64,000 nt of DNA from Dehalococcoidia bacterium (GTDB lineage Bacteria; Chloroflexota; Dehalococcoidia; Lucifugimonadales; UBA3495): assembly GCA_003523055.1 (NCBI GenBank), contig DPHC01000005.1:152281-216280 (forward strand). The letters are read 5' to 3'. Below, piece after piece: positions 39,643 through 49,946 of this stretch (its first letter is position 1; each line of letters opens with the position of its first letter). The notes beneath the pieces are model-generated. The model was not told where the DNA came from. It worked only from the letters and a program-made list of their open reading frames with translations, and ran no database searches. Position numbers and translations under genes: made by a program.

Positions 39643-41273
39643 TTATCCAGCCATACTTTTGACCAAAAAAAGTATTCATTTGATACGTCAGTGGGGAAGA
39701 AATTTCTGACATTGTTAGAATGAAACCACGATGTTTGCAAATTTAAAGAATTATACATATAAGCATTATCTAATACATTGTTTTGTATCTCACGTAACTT
39801 ACTAGTTCTGATTAATTGGTTAGGTTCTTTTGATTGCTCTTCAATTAATTCATTTAAATAAGAGTCATTGTGGTTAATGAAATTGATTGATCCTTTTTGA
39901 TGAATTAAAGACAGAGCATATTCATTTAATGTATTTGTAGAAGGTATAACGCCCATCAATATATGATAAGTAGATTGTTTGTTGGTTAATTCTTTTTTAT
40001 AACTATTTTCAGATAAAGGTATTATTTTGATATTAAAATTAGCATTTTTTAAATCTTGAATTGTTAGCTTCATAATATCGCTATACGAATCTCCAGTATC
40101 TTGAATTCCGATATTTAAAATATGAGAGTCAATGGCTTCTTTTAGATAAGTTTGGGAGGAAACAGGATCCGCAAAATATAAACTTCGTATTTCTGTTTGG
40201 TTTATTTGTAAATCTGGTTGAGTTAAAGGTAACCCGATTCCTATTTTAGAATTAAGAAATCCAGATTTTTTATTATTCAACCATGGGTCTAGTGATTTGA
40301 GTATGAATTTTCTAAAATCTAATTTATCTAGTGGTGAGAGGCTACTGTTCAACAATATTGTAGGCCCGCCATATCCGTGTGATTGGATTACTTGATAATC
40401 GGAGTGATTATTTACTTGCGTATTGCTTGATAATGAATAATTTGAAGCTATGTCAGCTGTTCCAGATTGAATTAGGGCAATGATTTTTGATTCACTTAAA
40501 TTTTCTATGTAATTTATGGTTATCTGATTTACTAAAGGTAATATGATTTCATGATAAAGAGCATTTTTAGTCATTGTGACTTGAGAACCTGATGTAATAG
40601 AGGAAAACGACCATGGTCCACTACCGGGGAAGCGAGTCATTATTGCATTTTCATTTGAGTGATTTTCAAGGTTTAAAGGATCAATAAGTTTATTAGTAGC
40701 GTCTGACAACTGAGAAAGAATATCATGGTCATAATAAGAAGATTGCAACGTAAAAGAATAATCATTGTGTATCTGGATACCAGTAAGGGATGCTGAATTT
40801 AGTCTTTGATTCAGTAAAGACTCTGTAATCACTTCAGGGAAGTAATTACTGGCCACATCTTTAGCCGTTAGATTTTCTCCAGTTTGCCACACTATATTTT
40901 GTTTTAATTTGAAAGTCCATCCGCTATTGGTTTCATAGGCCCATGTCTCGCATAAATCACATTCTAACTGGATACTTGGAGAAGGTGAAGATGGCCCAGT
41001 TTTGAGTTTAATCAATCTACTATATGCTAATCCAGGGCCTATGTTATTTTTAATTAAGTCATCGAGTGTGATGCTTTGAGGATCAAAAGTTTTTGGAACT
41101 GAAACGTTGATATTTGGAGACTCAGTCCACACTGCAGGAATGTAAGCATGACTAGGAGTGATCGAGGTGGTTGGTGAAATACTAGGTTGAGGTACTCCGC
41201 AAGATAAGGCTCCGAATAGGCTCAAAAATATTGCACATAAGCATAATTTCCTGATTGTTAAGTTTTTATTCAT
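39639..41273 (-). CDS. Extracellular solute-binding lipoprotein (ABC family-5, peptide/nickel-like)
   Basis: Lipoprotein-type signal (LFGALSCG), 544 aa, two-lobe SBP-like composition. No adjacent permease genes. Confidence 0.5.
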   Translation of the reverse strand: MNKNLTIRKLCLCAIFLSLFGALSCGVPQPSISPTTSITPSHAYIPAVWTESPNINVSVPKTFDPQSITLDDLIKNNIGPGLAYSRLIKLKTGPSSPSPSIQLECDLCETWAYETNSGWTFKLKQNIVWQTGENLTAKDVASNYFPEVITESLLNQRLNSASLTGIQIHNDYSFTLQSSYYDHDILSQLSDATNKLIDPLNLENHSNENAIMTRFPGSGPWSFSSITSGSQVTMTKNALYHEIILPLVNQITINYIENLSESKIIALIQSGTADIASNYSLSSNTQVNNHSDYQVIQSHGYGGPTILLNSSLSPLDKLDFRKFILKSLDPWLNNKKSGFLNSKIGIGLPLTQPDLQINQTEIRSLYFADPVSSQTYLKEAIDSHILNIGIQDTGDSYSDIMKLTIQDLKNANFNIKIIPLSENSYKKELTNKQSTYHILMGVIPSTNTLNEYALSLIHQKGSINFINHNDSYLNELIEEQSKEPNQLIRTSKLREIQNNVLDNAYMYNSLNLQTSWFHSNNVRNFFPTDVSNEYFFWSKVWLDN

Positions 41274-41325
41274 AACAGGTTACATTATACAATTGGTCGT
41301 TGCAGGAAGTTATTGAATTGGTGAG

Positions 41326-41829
41326 CTATTTTGAATTAAAAAGACCGCGAATATAATATATATGCCCAATATGCTGAAATAGTTCATTTATTATTTGTAC
41401 AAAAACATCAGCGACGTTCATGTCTGGCCGTTTTTCTCTAGGGATATAAGAAAATTGGTTATTTGTAAGTGAATTTAAATAAGACAACGTAGAAGAACGA
41501 ACTGAAGATCTATATTGTAATATGCTACCTAAGTCCAATTTTGGAAAATTGTTAACTTGTTTAGTGGTATGCTCAAAGCCATTATCTCGTGTTGGTAAGT
41601 TGAATTTTTCATACCAGTTCTGAGATTCCCAAACTTCTGGAATTCCTTGACAGAAAAAATTAAACCACATGTCCTCTACTCTGCTCATGTGCCAAATGAT
41701 CCAGTTAATGTTATTTGCTTCCGCAGAGGGCTGCCACATTAATTCTTCGTCACTTAAGTTCATTACAGATTCGTTAAAATATTTAATTTCTGCTGCTAAA
41801 GCTAATTCTATAAATTGTTTCGACTCCAT
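41326..41829 (-). CDS. DinB family protein
   Basis: Four-helix pattern with WIIWHMSRVED and a C-terminal H..HI. Confidence 0.6.
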   Translation of the reverse strand: MESKQFIELALAAEIKYFNESVMNLSDEELMWQPSAEANNINWIIWHMSRVEDMWFNFFCQGIPEVWESQNWYEKFNLPTRDNGFEHTTKQVNNFPKLDLGSILQYRSSVRSSTLSYLNSLTNNQFSYIPREKRPDMNVADVFVQIINELFQHIGHIYYIRGLFNSK

Positions 41830-41850
41830 TATGATTCTCCTAAAGGATTA

Positions 41851-42642
41851 TTATTTGCAAAATTCGGTGATCGCTTTAATAAATTCTGTTTCAGATTCTA
41901 ACTGAGGAATATGTCCTGTATTTTTAAGCACTGATAATTTTGAATTGTTAATCAGTGAATTAAATGCATGACCATATGAAAGAGGTACAATTTGATCATG
42001 GTCCCCCCAAATTAATAGGACTGGCATATTTAGCCTGTGGATCCGTTTGGTCAGACCTCTATCAGGAATGGGCCAACAGAATTTTCCTACAGATGCTAAT
42101 GTTATGGTTCTGTTTATATTATTAGAAGCTTTCTCCATCGGGTCAGTTGGTACGCTGTATTTTGCAACTGCAATTGGAATTGTATTGTCGTACCACAACA
42201 AATCATTACGTTCTTGAGATGTTAGTATGAAAAAGTCTTTTATAGGTTCGGCTTCGTTCCACAAACCTAATGAAGATACTAATGTAAGGGTTTTGATTCT
42301 TTCTGGATAGCTCGACGCAATTTCTGCTGCAATCATACCGCCGTACGAATGACCGATTAAATGTATGTTTTGTAAATTTAGTTTAGTAAATAATTCATCG
42401 TAGAAGAGGACTAAATCCCAGATGTTGTCTAAATGTTCTAATCCTGTTGATTTAGATATTCCAGGTTGGGCAGGTACGTATACTTTGTAGTGTTCCGATA
42501 GCGTTTGTAAATAACTTTCCCAGGCAGGAAAGCCGTCAGCTCCATGAATGTAAACTAATGGATCTCCAGAACCGTGAACCATTATTTCCACATCGAATTT
42601 CCCGTCTCTTAACTTTATTATTTCAGAATTAATGGTGCTCAT
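41851..42642 (-). CDS. Alpha/beta hydrolase
   Basis: GHSYGG nucleophile elbow, HG oxyanion motif (VYIHGADG), C-terminal GH. Confidence 0.8.
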   Translation of the reverse strand: MSTINSEIIKLRDGKFDVEIMVHGSGDPLVYIHGADGFPAWESYLQTLSEHYKVYVPAQPGISKSTGLEHLDNIWDLVLFYDELFTKLNLQNIHLIGHSYGGMIAAEIASSYPERIKTLTLVSSLGLWNEAEPIKDFFILTSQERNDLLWYDNTIPIAVAKYSVPTDPMEKASNNINRTITLASVGKFCWPIPDRGLTKRIHRLNMPVLLIWGDHDQIVPLSYGHAFNSLINNSKLSVLKNTGHIPQLESETEFIKAITEFCK

Positions 42643-42732
42643 ATTAGCCTCGCTTTCACGTCTATATTAATGGATTATCTTAATAGTAACCATAAAAAAT
42701 GCAGTAATCAACTTAAATTAAGGGATAAATTA

Positions 42733-42762
42733 TTGACACCAAATGAGTATTTAAATTATAAT
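42733..42762 (+). promoter_or_regulatory. Sigma-70-like promoter upstream of pyrG
   Basis: TTGACA (42733-42738), 18-nt spacer, TATAAT (42757-42762). Leaves a leader of about 120 nt before the pyrG ATG. Confidence 0.5.
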
Positions 42763-42889
42763 ATACTTGTTCACTAGGCAGTATTATAAGCTTTAGTTCA
42801 CCACTAGTGACCATACTCAACTTTAACCCCTAAATCAATGGAGTATTTGTTGTTGTTTTCCTCAAACTTATTTCAGCCTATTAATAAAT

Positions 42890-44533
42890 ATGCCCACTAA
42901 ATACATTTTCGTAACTGGTGGAGTCGTTAGTTCCATAGGGAAAGGTATAACTGTCGCTTCTATAGGAAGAATTCTTAAAGATAGAGGATTTAAAATATCT
43001 GTTATCAAGCTCGATCCTTACTTGAATGTTGACCCCGGTACTATGTCTCCTTATCAACATGGTGAAGTGTTTGTTACAAGTGACGGAGGAGAAACAGATC
43101 TTGATTTAGGCCATTATGAACGATTCATTGACATTGAACTTAACAAAAAATCAAATGTTACTGCAGGGCAGGTTTATTTGAGTTTGATTACCAAAGAACG
43201 GAGAGGAGACTTTTTAGGTGGCACCATACAGACTATACCTCACGTAACTAATGAAATTAAAAACCATATAACAACTGTCGCAGACTCACTGGATGTGGAT
43301 GTAATGGTGATTGAAGTCGGTGGAACCGTTGGAGATATAGAAGGACTTCCATTCTTAGAAGCCATTAGACAATTGAGAAATGATGTTGGAAGAGAAAATG
43401 TTTACTTTATTCATTTAACTTTATTACCTAATTTGACAGTCGCAAATGAATTAAAAACTAAGCCGACTCAACATAGCGTCAGTGAACTGAGAAGTATTGG
43501 AATTCAAGCGGACGCTTTGATTTGCAGAAGTGAAGGTGAAGTTCCTGATTTTGTGTTGGAGAAATTGTCATTGTTTTGTGATGTTAAAAAAGAAGCAGTC
43601 ATACCTTTAATTGATGTAGACAATGTTTATAGAATTCCTATGATATTAGAAAATTATGGATTGGGCAATTCAATAACTAATACTCTTGGCTTGCCACCAG
43701 GCTCCATATTCAATGATAATTTATGGTCTAATACTATTAAAGAAATGGATAGTCTTGATGAATCTGTGGTTATAGCATTGGTGGGCAAATATGTAGAATA
43801 CCCTGATGCATATATGTCTGTTAAAGAAGCTATGACACATGCAGGATTGAAATCAGATCGCAAAATTAAAATTAACTGGGTTCACTCTGAAGATATTGAA
43901 CGTGATGGGGCTAAGGCATATTTGAGCGATGTAGATGGAATAATAGTTCCCGGAGGATTTGGTAGCAGAGGTGTTGAGGGCATGATTTTAACTGCTGAGT
44001 ACGCCAGAGAAAACTCAGTGCCATATTTGGGCCTTTGCTTAGGTATGCAGGTAATGATTATTGAATGGTGTCGTAATGTACTGAATCTGTATGAAGCGCA
44101 TTCTGAAGAATTTGCTCCTGACACTCCCAATCCAGTTATCCATGTTATGCCTGATCAACTGGATGTTACGAATAAAGGCGGAACTATGAGATTAGGAGCA
44201 TATCCTTGTCATATATCACCAGATTCTTTAAGCAGCAAATATTATGGAACTGATTTTGTGGAAGAGCGTCATAGACATAGGTATGAATTAAACAACGCCT
44301 ACAGAGAATCTATGGAAGCTTCAGGATTGTTGTTTCCAGGATTATCTCCTGATGGAACTTTAGTGGAAATAGCAGAAGTAAATGAACATGAATTTATGTT
44401 AGGAGTTCAATTTCATCCTGAATTCAAATCAAGACCGAATTCCCCTCACCCACTATTTGTAGGATTTTTAGAAGCAGTAAAGAAAATGCTTAGAGAAGGA
44501 TCTCAATTTGCATTCAAAGAGGCAGAGTTATGA
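42890..44533 (+). CDS. pyrG: CTP synthase
   Basis: [37 protein letters not shown] (glutaminase Cys), HRHRYE. Confidence 0.96.
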   Translation: MPTKYIFVTGGVVSSIGKGITVASIGRILKDRGFKISVIKLDPYLNVDPGTMSPYQHGEVFVTSDGGETDLDLGHYERFIDIELNKKSNVTAGQVYLSLITKERRGDFLGGTIQTIPHVTNEIKNHITTVADSLDVDVMVIEVGGTVGDIEGLPFLEAIRQLRNDVGRENVYFIHLTLLPNLTVANELKTKPTQHSVSELRSIGIQADALICRSEGEVPDFVLEKLSLFCDVKKEAVIPLIDVDNVYRIPMILENYGLGNSITNTLGLPPGSIFNDNLWSNTIKEMDSLDESVVIALVGKYVEYPDAYMSVKEAMTHAGLKSDRKIKINWVHSEDIERDGAKAYLSDVDGIIVPGGFGSRGVEGMILTAEYARENSVPYLGLCLGMQVMIIEWCRNVLNLYEAHSEEFAPDTPNPVIHVMPDQLDVTNKGGTMRLGAYPCHISPDSLSSKYYGTDFVEERHRHRYELNNAYRESMEASGLLFPGLSPDGTLVEIAEVNEHEFMLGVQFHPEFKSRPNSPHPLFVGFLEAVKKMLREGSQFAFKEAEL

Positions 44534-45183
44534 AAATATTTGTAGATACAGCTAATGTGGAAGAAATTTATAAGGCAGTAGAACTGGGTGTAATAAGTGG
44601 AGTTACAACGAATCCTTCCTTGGCCGCTAAAGAAGGGATATCTGATCCAGAGCATTATAAAAAAACCATTCAGGAAATAGCTAAAATTGTTGAAGGCCCA
44701 ATATCAGTTGAAGTTGTTAGCACAGATGTAAAGGGAATGATAGAAGAAGGCAAGAATATCGCCGATTGGATTGATAATGTGTGGGTTAAGATACCAAGCA
44801 CAATTGAAGGCTTTGAAGCAATTAATAAGTTATCGAATGAAGGAATTAAAATTAATCAGACGTTATGCTTTTCTACTAATCAAGCATTATTAGGTTCGCA
44901 AGCGGGATCTACTGTAATTAGCCCGTTTATTGGAAGATTAGACGACATAGCTCAAGACGGAATAGCTATGGTTGCTGAAATTGTAGATATGTATCGGATA
45001 CACGGTATTGAAACATTGGTTATGGCAGCTAGTATAAGACACCCACTACACTGTTCAGAAGCCGCACGAGTTGGAGCAGATATAGCTACCATACCGTATC
45101 CAGTTATATGTAAAATGGCAAACCACCCACTCACGGACCAAGGATTATCGATTTTCTTAAACGATTGGTTTAAATCTAATTAG
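44530..45183 (+). CDS. tal: Fructose-6-phosphate aldolase / short transaldolase (type 3B)
   Basis: [34 protein letters not shown] overlap with pyrG. Confidence 0.88.
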   Translation: MKIFVDTANVEEIYKAVELGVISGVTTNPSLAAKEGISDPEHYKKTIQEIAKIVEGPISVEVVSTDVKGMIEEGKNIADWIDNVWVKIPSTIEGFEAINKLSNEGIKINQTLCFSTNQALLGSQAGSTVISPFIGRLDDIAQDGIAMVAEIVDMYRIHGIETLVMAASIRHPLHCSEAARVGADIATIPYPVICKMANHPLTDQGLSIFLNDWFKSN

Positions 45184-45204
45184 AGTTTTATTGTAGGAGT
45201 AAAC

Positions 45205-46521
45205 ATGACAACTGTTCAGAACATTTTTGATATATCAGACTTAATCCGGATGTCAATGGAAGAATTAATTGCGATTGCCGAGGGAATGGATATTTCTATT
45301 GATACTACTGATGAAGAATTGATTAAAGAAGATGTATTAAGAAAGCTTTATAGATCTGCCGCTTCTAAAAATGCAGGGCAAGATGACAAATTAATATTAA
45401 CGTCCAGTGGAATATTGCAAGTAATGGACGACGGATACGGATTTTTAAGGCAGGTGTCGGTCCATAAATCCACAGGTGATGTATACATATCACAATCTCA
45501 AATCAGAAGATTTACTTTGAGAACAGGAGACACCGTTAGCGGTCAAGTTAGGCCGCCTAAAGATGGAGAACGTTATTTTGGCTTAGTGAGGGTAGATAAG
45601 GTTAACGGATTTGACAGTGACAGCAAAAAATCCAAATCTTCTGTAGCATTTGAAACGTTAACTCCGATCTTTCCAGAAGAACAAGTTGTTTTAGAAACTA
45701 ATAAAGGTTCTTTATCTTCTAGAATGATTGATTTATTTTCTCCGATAGGGTTAGGGCAAAGAGGTTTAATAGTATCTCCGCCTAAGGCGGGTAAAACGAC
45801 AATCATAAGGCAGATAGCGGCCAGCGTACATGAAAACATACCTGAAGCTACATTAATGGTTGTTTTGATTGGTGAAAGGCCTGAAGAAGTCACCGAAATG
45901 AGACGGTCTATTCACGGAGATGTTTTTGCTTCTACTTTTGATGAATCTGTAGAAGAACAATGCCGAGTGGCAGAATTAGCCTTAGCTAGAGCTAAGCGAT
46001 TAGTTGAAGCAAAAAAGAATGTCATTATACTCATGGATAGTGTGACGAGATTGACCAGAGCTTATAATCTCGCTGTTCCTTCTAGCGGAAGAACTTTATC
46101 TGGTGGTATGGACCCAGTAGCTTTGTATCCACCTAAAAAGTTTTTTGGAGCTGCTAGAAACATAGAAGAAGGTGGAAGCTTAACTATTATTGCAACATGT
46201 CTAGTAGACACCGGTAGCAGAATGGATGAAGTTATTTATGAAGAATTTAAAGGAACTGGGAATATGGAACTTCATTTGGATAGGCGATTAGCGGATCGCA
46301 GATTTTTTCCTGCTGTAGATATATTCAGGAGCGGAACCCGTCGGGAAGAACTATTCTTTGACGAATCTGTAATGAAACAGAGAGACTTGTTGCGAAGAAT
46401 GGTGAATTTGAGTTCAGACAATGGAACATCCAATGTTTTGGAAAGAGTCCTTGAAAGAGTGTCTAAATCTGATTCCAATGTTCAATTTTTAGATAATTTG
46501 CATAAAGAAGCTAATAGTTAA
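45205..46521 (+). CDS. rho: Transcription termination factor Rho
   Basis: [48 protein letters not shown]. Confidence 0.96.
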   Translation: MTTVQNIFDISDLIRMSMEELIAIAEGMDISIDTTDEELIKEDVLRKLYRSAASKNAGQDDKLILTSSGILQVMDDGYGFLRQVSVHKSTGDVYISQSQIRRFTLRTGDTVSGQVRPPKDGERYFGLVRVDKVNGFDSDSKKSKSSVAFETLTPIFPEEQVVLETNKGSLSSRMIDLFSPIGLGQRGLIVSPPKAGKTTIIRQIAASVHENIPEATLMVVLIGERPEEVTEMRRSIHGDVFASTFDESVEEQCRVAELALARAKRLVEAKKNVIILMDSVTRLTRAYNLAVPSSGRTLSGGMDPVALYPPKKFFGAARNIEEGGSLTIIATCLVDTGSRMDEVIYEEFKGTGNMELHLDRRLADRRFFPAVDIFRSGTRREELFFDESVMKQRDLLRRMVNLSSDNGTSNVLERVLERVSKSDSNVQFLDNLHKEANS

Positions 46522-46651
46522 AACCCAATACATGTTAATACATGTGTAGTAACACTCAAGTAACACAAATATATGATAATAACTTAGTGGGATTATATAT
46601 ATGCTCGTTATCGGGCAAAAAAAATCAAATCTAAACAAGGAGAAACGCTAT

Positions 46652-49132
46652 ATGGCAAAGAAAATTGGTTTCAAACTATCTTTACCTATAATGACCGCAG
46701 TCGTTATAGGCGTGTTGGCTTTAATGGTCAGCATGGGAATGTTCTCTGGCCAAAAAGTTGTAGCTAACGATATAGCACCTGAATTAGATGGAGTTAGAAC
46801 TGGAGGCAGCCCATTGGCAGCCCCAGCAGCGGCACAAACTATGTCCGCTGGTGGAACATCTTCAGTAACGATTACTCCACCTGAAGTTGGTGCAACCGCA
46901 AAAATCGTTATAAGCACTGGTACAGGAACAACCGCCATACTTGAAGGTGATATTATCACCCTCAGAATGGAAAGCGTTTTTGGAGTACCTACTTCGATAG
47001 CAACATCTGATATTATTATGACATCTTCCACAGTGTCAAACGTATCTGGTGCCGCTAACGTAAGAGTTAACCCTAAAAACGTTACTGTGGAATTCACAGG
47101 GCAAAAACTAAACACCGCATTGATACACCTAGAGGTTCCAGACATGGACCCAACGACAGCTGGTTCTGGTGGTTCAATGATGTCAGGTTCACAGGGCATA
47201 GGAACTGCCTCGACTCTCGCGATTACGATCGGACAGTCTGCAGGTATTACTAACCCTACTGAAGCTGACTCTCCTACCGTAGGAGTATCCGCTAACTTAG
47301 CATCAGGCGCTGAGTATGCTGGCATAATAACTACAGCCGGTACATCACTCCCACGAAAACTAACCTCAAGTACTACTGGTACTTCTAGAGGCGGTTCAGT
47401 GACTGTTACTGGTTATGGTTTCAAAAATTCAACAACAGCTACCGTCTGGTTGGACAGTAACAACAACAAGACCAGAGACGCTGGTGAAGTTGACTTAGCT
47501 GAAGCAGTTGTCGCATCTGATGACACCTTCTCAGCTACATTCAGCTTAGCTGTACCACCATTTTCTGTCAGCGCTACCAACTATGTCAGCGCAATTGACG
47601 GAAAAGGTTCAGTAACTAACGCTAACATTACTATAAGTGTGTCTGATAAAATTATTATCAGCCCTACTACAGCAGCAGTTGGCGAAACAATCCAAATTAC
47701 CATGCAAGATTTCCCTGCAAGCCACTATGTAGTTTCAGGTGCAAATGGAGCAGTTAAATTTGGTTCAGTTAGTGCAACTGTTCAAAGCAACACAATCATT
47801 CAAGTAGGCGCTGATGGAAGTGCTGTATTTGACGTAACTATTCCAAACGCAGCAAGAACTGGTACGCAAGCAGTATATGTATATGCTGACGCAAACCAGG
47901 ACTCTACTATTTCGGGAGCAAGTGCATCAGCTAATATAACTATTACTGGAGCAACTTTGACCGCAACACCTAACGCAATAGTTCCTAACCAAACTGTTAA
48001 CTTACAAGGATCAGGCTGGACAGATGGTGGCTCTGCTACTATTAACGCAGCTTCTGATACTTCAGTAATTAGTTTGGGTGGTTCAACAACTGGTTTAAGA
48101 GCAACTGGAGCAGCAGCTATCAGTGCAATTAACGCCGGTAATGGATCAATCACCGTAGATAACGGCGGAAACTGGAGTGGCCCTGTGGTTATTCCAATGA
48201 CAGCTGGATCTATGAATGGTGGAACTCAAATATTAGAAGTAACTGACAACGGTGGACGAACTGGTAATGCTGAATTGACAATCGCTTCTAGAGCATTGGC
48301 TATTAGCCCAGCTTCCAGCGGGTTAGGTACTACTATTACAGTAGACGGTACTGGTTACCCAGCAGAGAACTCCTCAACTGGAGCTGCTACTGCACCAACA
48401 GTAACTATGACCTATTACTATGGTTCATCCTCTAAGAATGTGGCTACATTCACCCCAGACGGAACAGGAGCATTTAGTGGAACATTTACAGTACCTTTGG
48501 ATGCACCAATTCCATCTGATAACTTAGTAAAATCTGCATTTAGCTATACACCATCCGGTGGAGCAGCTACTACAGTTACTAATACTGTTTCCCATTCAGT
48601 ACCAACCGCTAGCTTGAGCACTTCAGCTTCTGCAGGCGCAGCTGGTACTAAATTAACCATCACTGGCTCTGGATTTAAGGCTTACTCAACTGTAACTACT
48701 TTGACAGTAGGTGGAGTTGATGCACGACCTGCTCCAGTACCGGCAACAAATGGAAACGGCGAATTAACCACTGAGATCATGGTTCCTTCACTTGCTGTAG
48801 GTTCACATGCAATCAGTATTACTATCGCTAGTACTACCGCAAGCGCTAACTTCTCAGTAACTTCCACTGGAATTTCTGCTGCAGCAAGTGACGCTATAGG
48901 TGATGCTATCGGTACACCTGTCGGAGACAACCTCGTTAGAGTGTTCGCATTCGACAACGCTACTAAGGACTGGTCATTCTATGACCCATCCCCAGATTTG
49001 GCAGACGCTAATACTTTGGCCAACGTTGCAGCTGGTTCTGTATATTGGATAAAGACATTGGAAGACGCTACAGTAGCATTAAATGGAACTGACCGAGCAT
49101 TGTATGCCGGTTGGAACCTGGTATCTTATTAA
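46652..49132 (+). CDS. Large Cys-free, Thr/Ser/Ala/Gly-rich envelope protein with repeated Ig-like (IPT/TIG-type) modules; candidate S-layer or adhesin protein
   Basis: ORF track starts at 46601; the ATG at 46652 with a GGAG RBS is the more likely start. N-terminal KK + LPIMTAVVIGVLALMVSMGMF signal/anchor. Recurrent strand motif VTVTGYGF, IQITMQDF, VNLQGSGW, ITVDGTGY, LTITGSGF. No Cys in the translation. Distinct C-terminal about 70 aa (VFAFDNATKDWSFYDP...GSVYWIK...YAGWNLVSY). Confidence 0.75.
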   Translation: MAKKIGFKLSLPIMTAVVIGVLALMVSMGMFSGQKVVANDIAPELDGVRTGGSPLAAPAAAQTMSAGGTSSVTITPPEVGATAKIVISTGTGTTAILEGDIITLRMESVFGVPTSIATSDIIMTSSTVSNVSGAANVRVNPKNVTVEFTGQKLNTALIHLEVPDMDPTTAGSGGSMMSGSQGIGTASTLAITIGQSAGITNPTEADSPTVGVSANLASGAEYAGIITTAGTSLPRKLTSSTTGTSRGGSVTVTGYGFKNSTTATVWLDSNNNKTRDAGEVDLAEAVVASDDTFSATFSLAVPPFSVSATNYVSAIDGKGSVTNANITISVSDKIIISPTTAAVGETIQITMQDFPASHYVVSGANGAVKFGSVSATVQSNTIIQVGADGSAVFDVTIPNAARTGTQAVYVYADANQDSTISGASASANITITGATLTATPNAIVPNQTVNLQGSGWTDGGSATINAASDTSVISLGGSTTGLRATGAAAISAINAGNGSITVDNGGNWSGPVVIPMTAGSMNGGTQILEVTDNGGRTGNAELTIASRALAISPASSGLGTTITVDGTGYPAENSSTGAATAPTVTMTYYYGSSSKNVATFTPDGTGAFSGTFTVPLDAPIPSDNLVKSAFSYTPSGGAATTVTNTVSHSVPTASLSTSASAGAAGTKLTITGSGFKAYSTVTTLTVGGVDARPAPVPATNGNGELTTEIMVPSLAVGSHAISITIASTTASANFSVTSTGISAAASDAIGDAIGTPVGDNLVRVFAFDNATKDWSFYDPSPDLADANTLANVAAGSVYWIKTLEDATVALNGTDRALYAGWNLVSY

Positions 49133-49149
49133 AGTAAGGCTAGGACATG

Positions 49150-49186
49150 TTTGTGCAGAAAATAAACAACAGAAATTTTCTGCACA
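49150..49186 (+). terminator. 13-bp perfect hairpin downstream of the large surface-protein gene
   Basis: TTGTGCAGAAAAT (49150-49162) pairs with ATTTTCTGCACAA (49174-49186), with an 11-nt loop. No T-tract follows, so terminator function is uncertain. Confidence 0.45.
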
Positions 49187-49214
49187 AGTGTGCCTCTAAA
49201 ATTAGGAGGAATAG

Positions 49215-49832
49215 ATGAAAAAATTTAAAATCCTGGCCCTATTAGCTGTAATGGCGATTCTCTGGACGATCCCAGCAATGGCGTTCGCTCAAGAGGTTCC
49301 GCCTGCAGTGGTAATTGGAACAGCATCTAACAATGGAGTACCAGTCGCGGCTGGCACTACTATAACTGCTCACGTAAGTGGGTCAGATGTTGGATCTGCA
49401 AAAACCTCAGCTGGTGGCAAATTCCAAGTCACGGCTAAAGGGGTCAAAGGCGATACACTAACTTTTACAATTGGTGAAGCAACAGCTTCTGAATCTATAA
49501 AATTAGCTGATAATGGAGAAGTCTTGAGACAAGATCTTTCTGTTGGAGCTGGTAGTAGCGGGGCCGATGGATCCGCAGGTTCAAAAGGAGCTACAGGAGC
49601 TACAGGAGCTAAGGGAGATTCCGGAGCTAAAGGAGACACTGGCGCTGCCGGTGCTGCTGGAGCCGCTGGACCTTCTGGTGCTGCTGGTGCTGCTGGACCT
49701 GCTGGAGCCGCTGGTGCTAATGGTGCCGACGGAACTAGTGGTGGTGGAAGCATGGGTATAATTGCTTTGATACTCGCTATCGTAGCAATAGTTGTAGCCG
49801 GCGCTGGATTCTTCATGAGAAAACAGAGCTAA
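49215..49832 (+). CDS. Membrane-anchored collagen-like repeat protein (signal peptide, beta-rich head, Gly-X-Y stalk, C-terminal TM)
   Basis: MKKFKILALLAVMAILWTIPAMAFAQE signal. About 21 uninterrupted G-X-Y triplets (GSSGADGSAGSKGATGATGAKGDSGAKGDTGAAGAAGAAGPSGAAGAAGPAGAAGANGADGTS). IIALILAIVAIVVAGAGFFM TM followed by RKQS. GGAGG RBS. Confidence 0.8.
   Translation: MKKFKILALLAVMAILWTIPAMAFAQEVPPAVVIGTASNNGVPVAAGTTITAHVSGSDVGSAKTSAGGKFQVTAKGVKGDTLTFTIGEATASESIKLADNGEVLRQDLSVGAGSSGADGSAGSKGATGATGAKGDSGAKGDTGAAGAAGAAGPSGAAGAAGPAGAAGANGADGTSGGGSMGIIALILAIVAIVVAGAGFFMRKQS
49551..49748 (+). repeat. Collagen-like Gly-X-Y coding repeat tract, including a 27-nt tandem duplication
   Basis: Strict 9-nt/3-codon periodicity. 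49650-49676 and 49677-49703 are identical at 24 of 27 positions (my count). GGAGCTACA is repeated at about 49587-49610. Confidence 0.8.
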
Positions 49833-49854
49833 TCTACCGAAATCACCAAGCAAG

Positions 49855-49889
49855 ATAGGGGCTTCCGATACGGAGGCCCCTATTTTTTT
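49855..49889 (+). terminator. Rho-independent terminator
   Basis: 13-bp stem ATAGGGGCTTCCG / CGGAGGCCCCTAT (one G-U pair), ATA triloop, then a run of 7 T (49883-49889). Confidence 0.8.
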
Positions 49890-49946
49890 GTGTTGCGCAA
49901 GAGGCTGATCTGATACAATTTGATTAGGATGGGCAGGAGGACGGGA

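Noticed and set aside
42838-42900. 20-codon upstream ORF ([20 protein letters not shown]) overlapping the pyrG start in another frame, considered as a leader peptide or attenuator
   Set aside because: It has no Shine-Dalgarno sequence, no associated terminator/antiterminator pair that I can fold, and no pyrimidine-related codon bias. It is probably fortuitous. The long pyrG leader itself remains unexplained.
46648-48957. Minus-strand ORFs 46648-47325, 47800-48153 and 48682-48957
   Set aside because: They are antisense to the large surface-protein gene. Biased Ala/Gly/Thr/Val codon composition suppresses stop codons on the opposite strand, and the translations are low-complexity.
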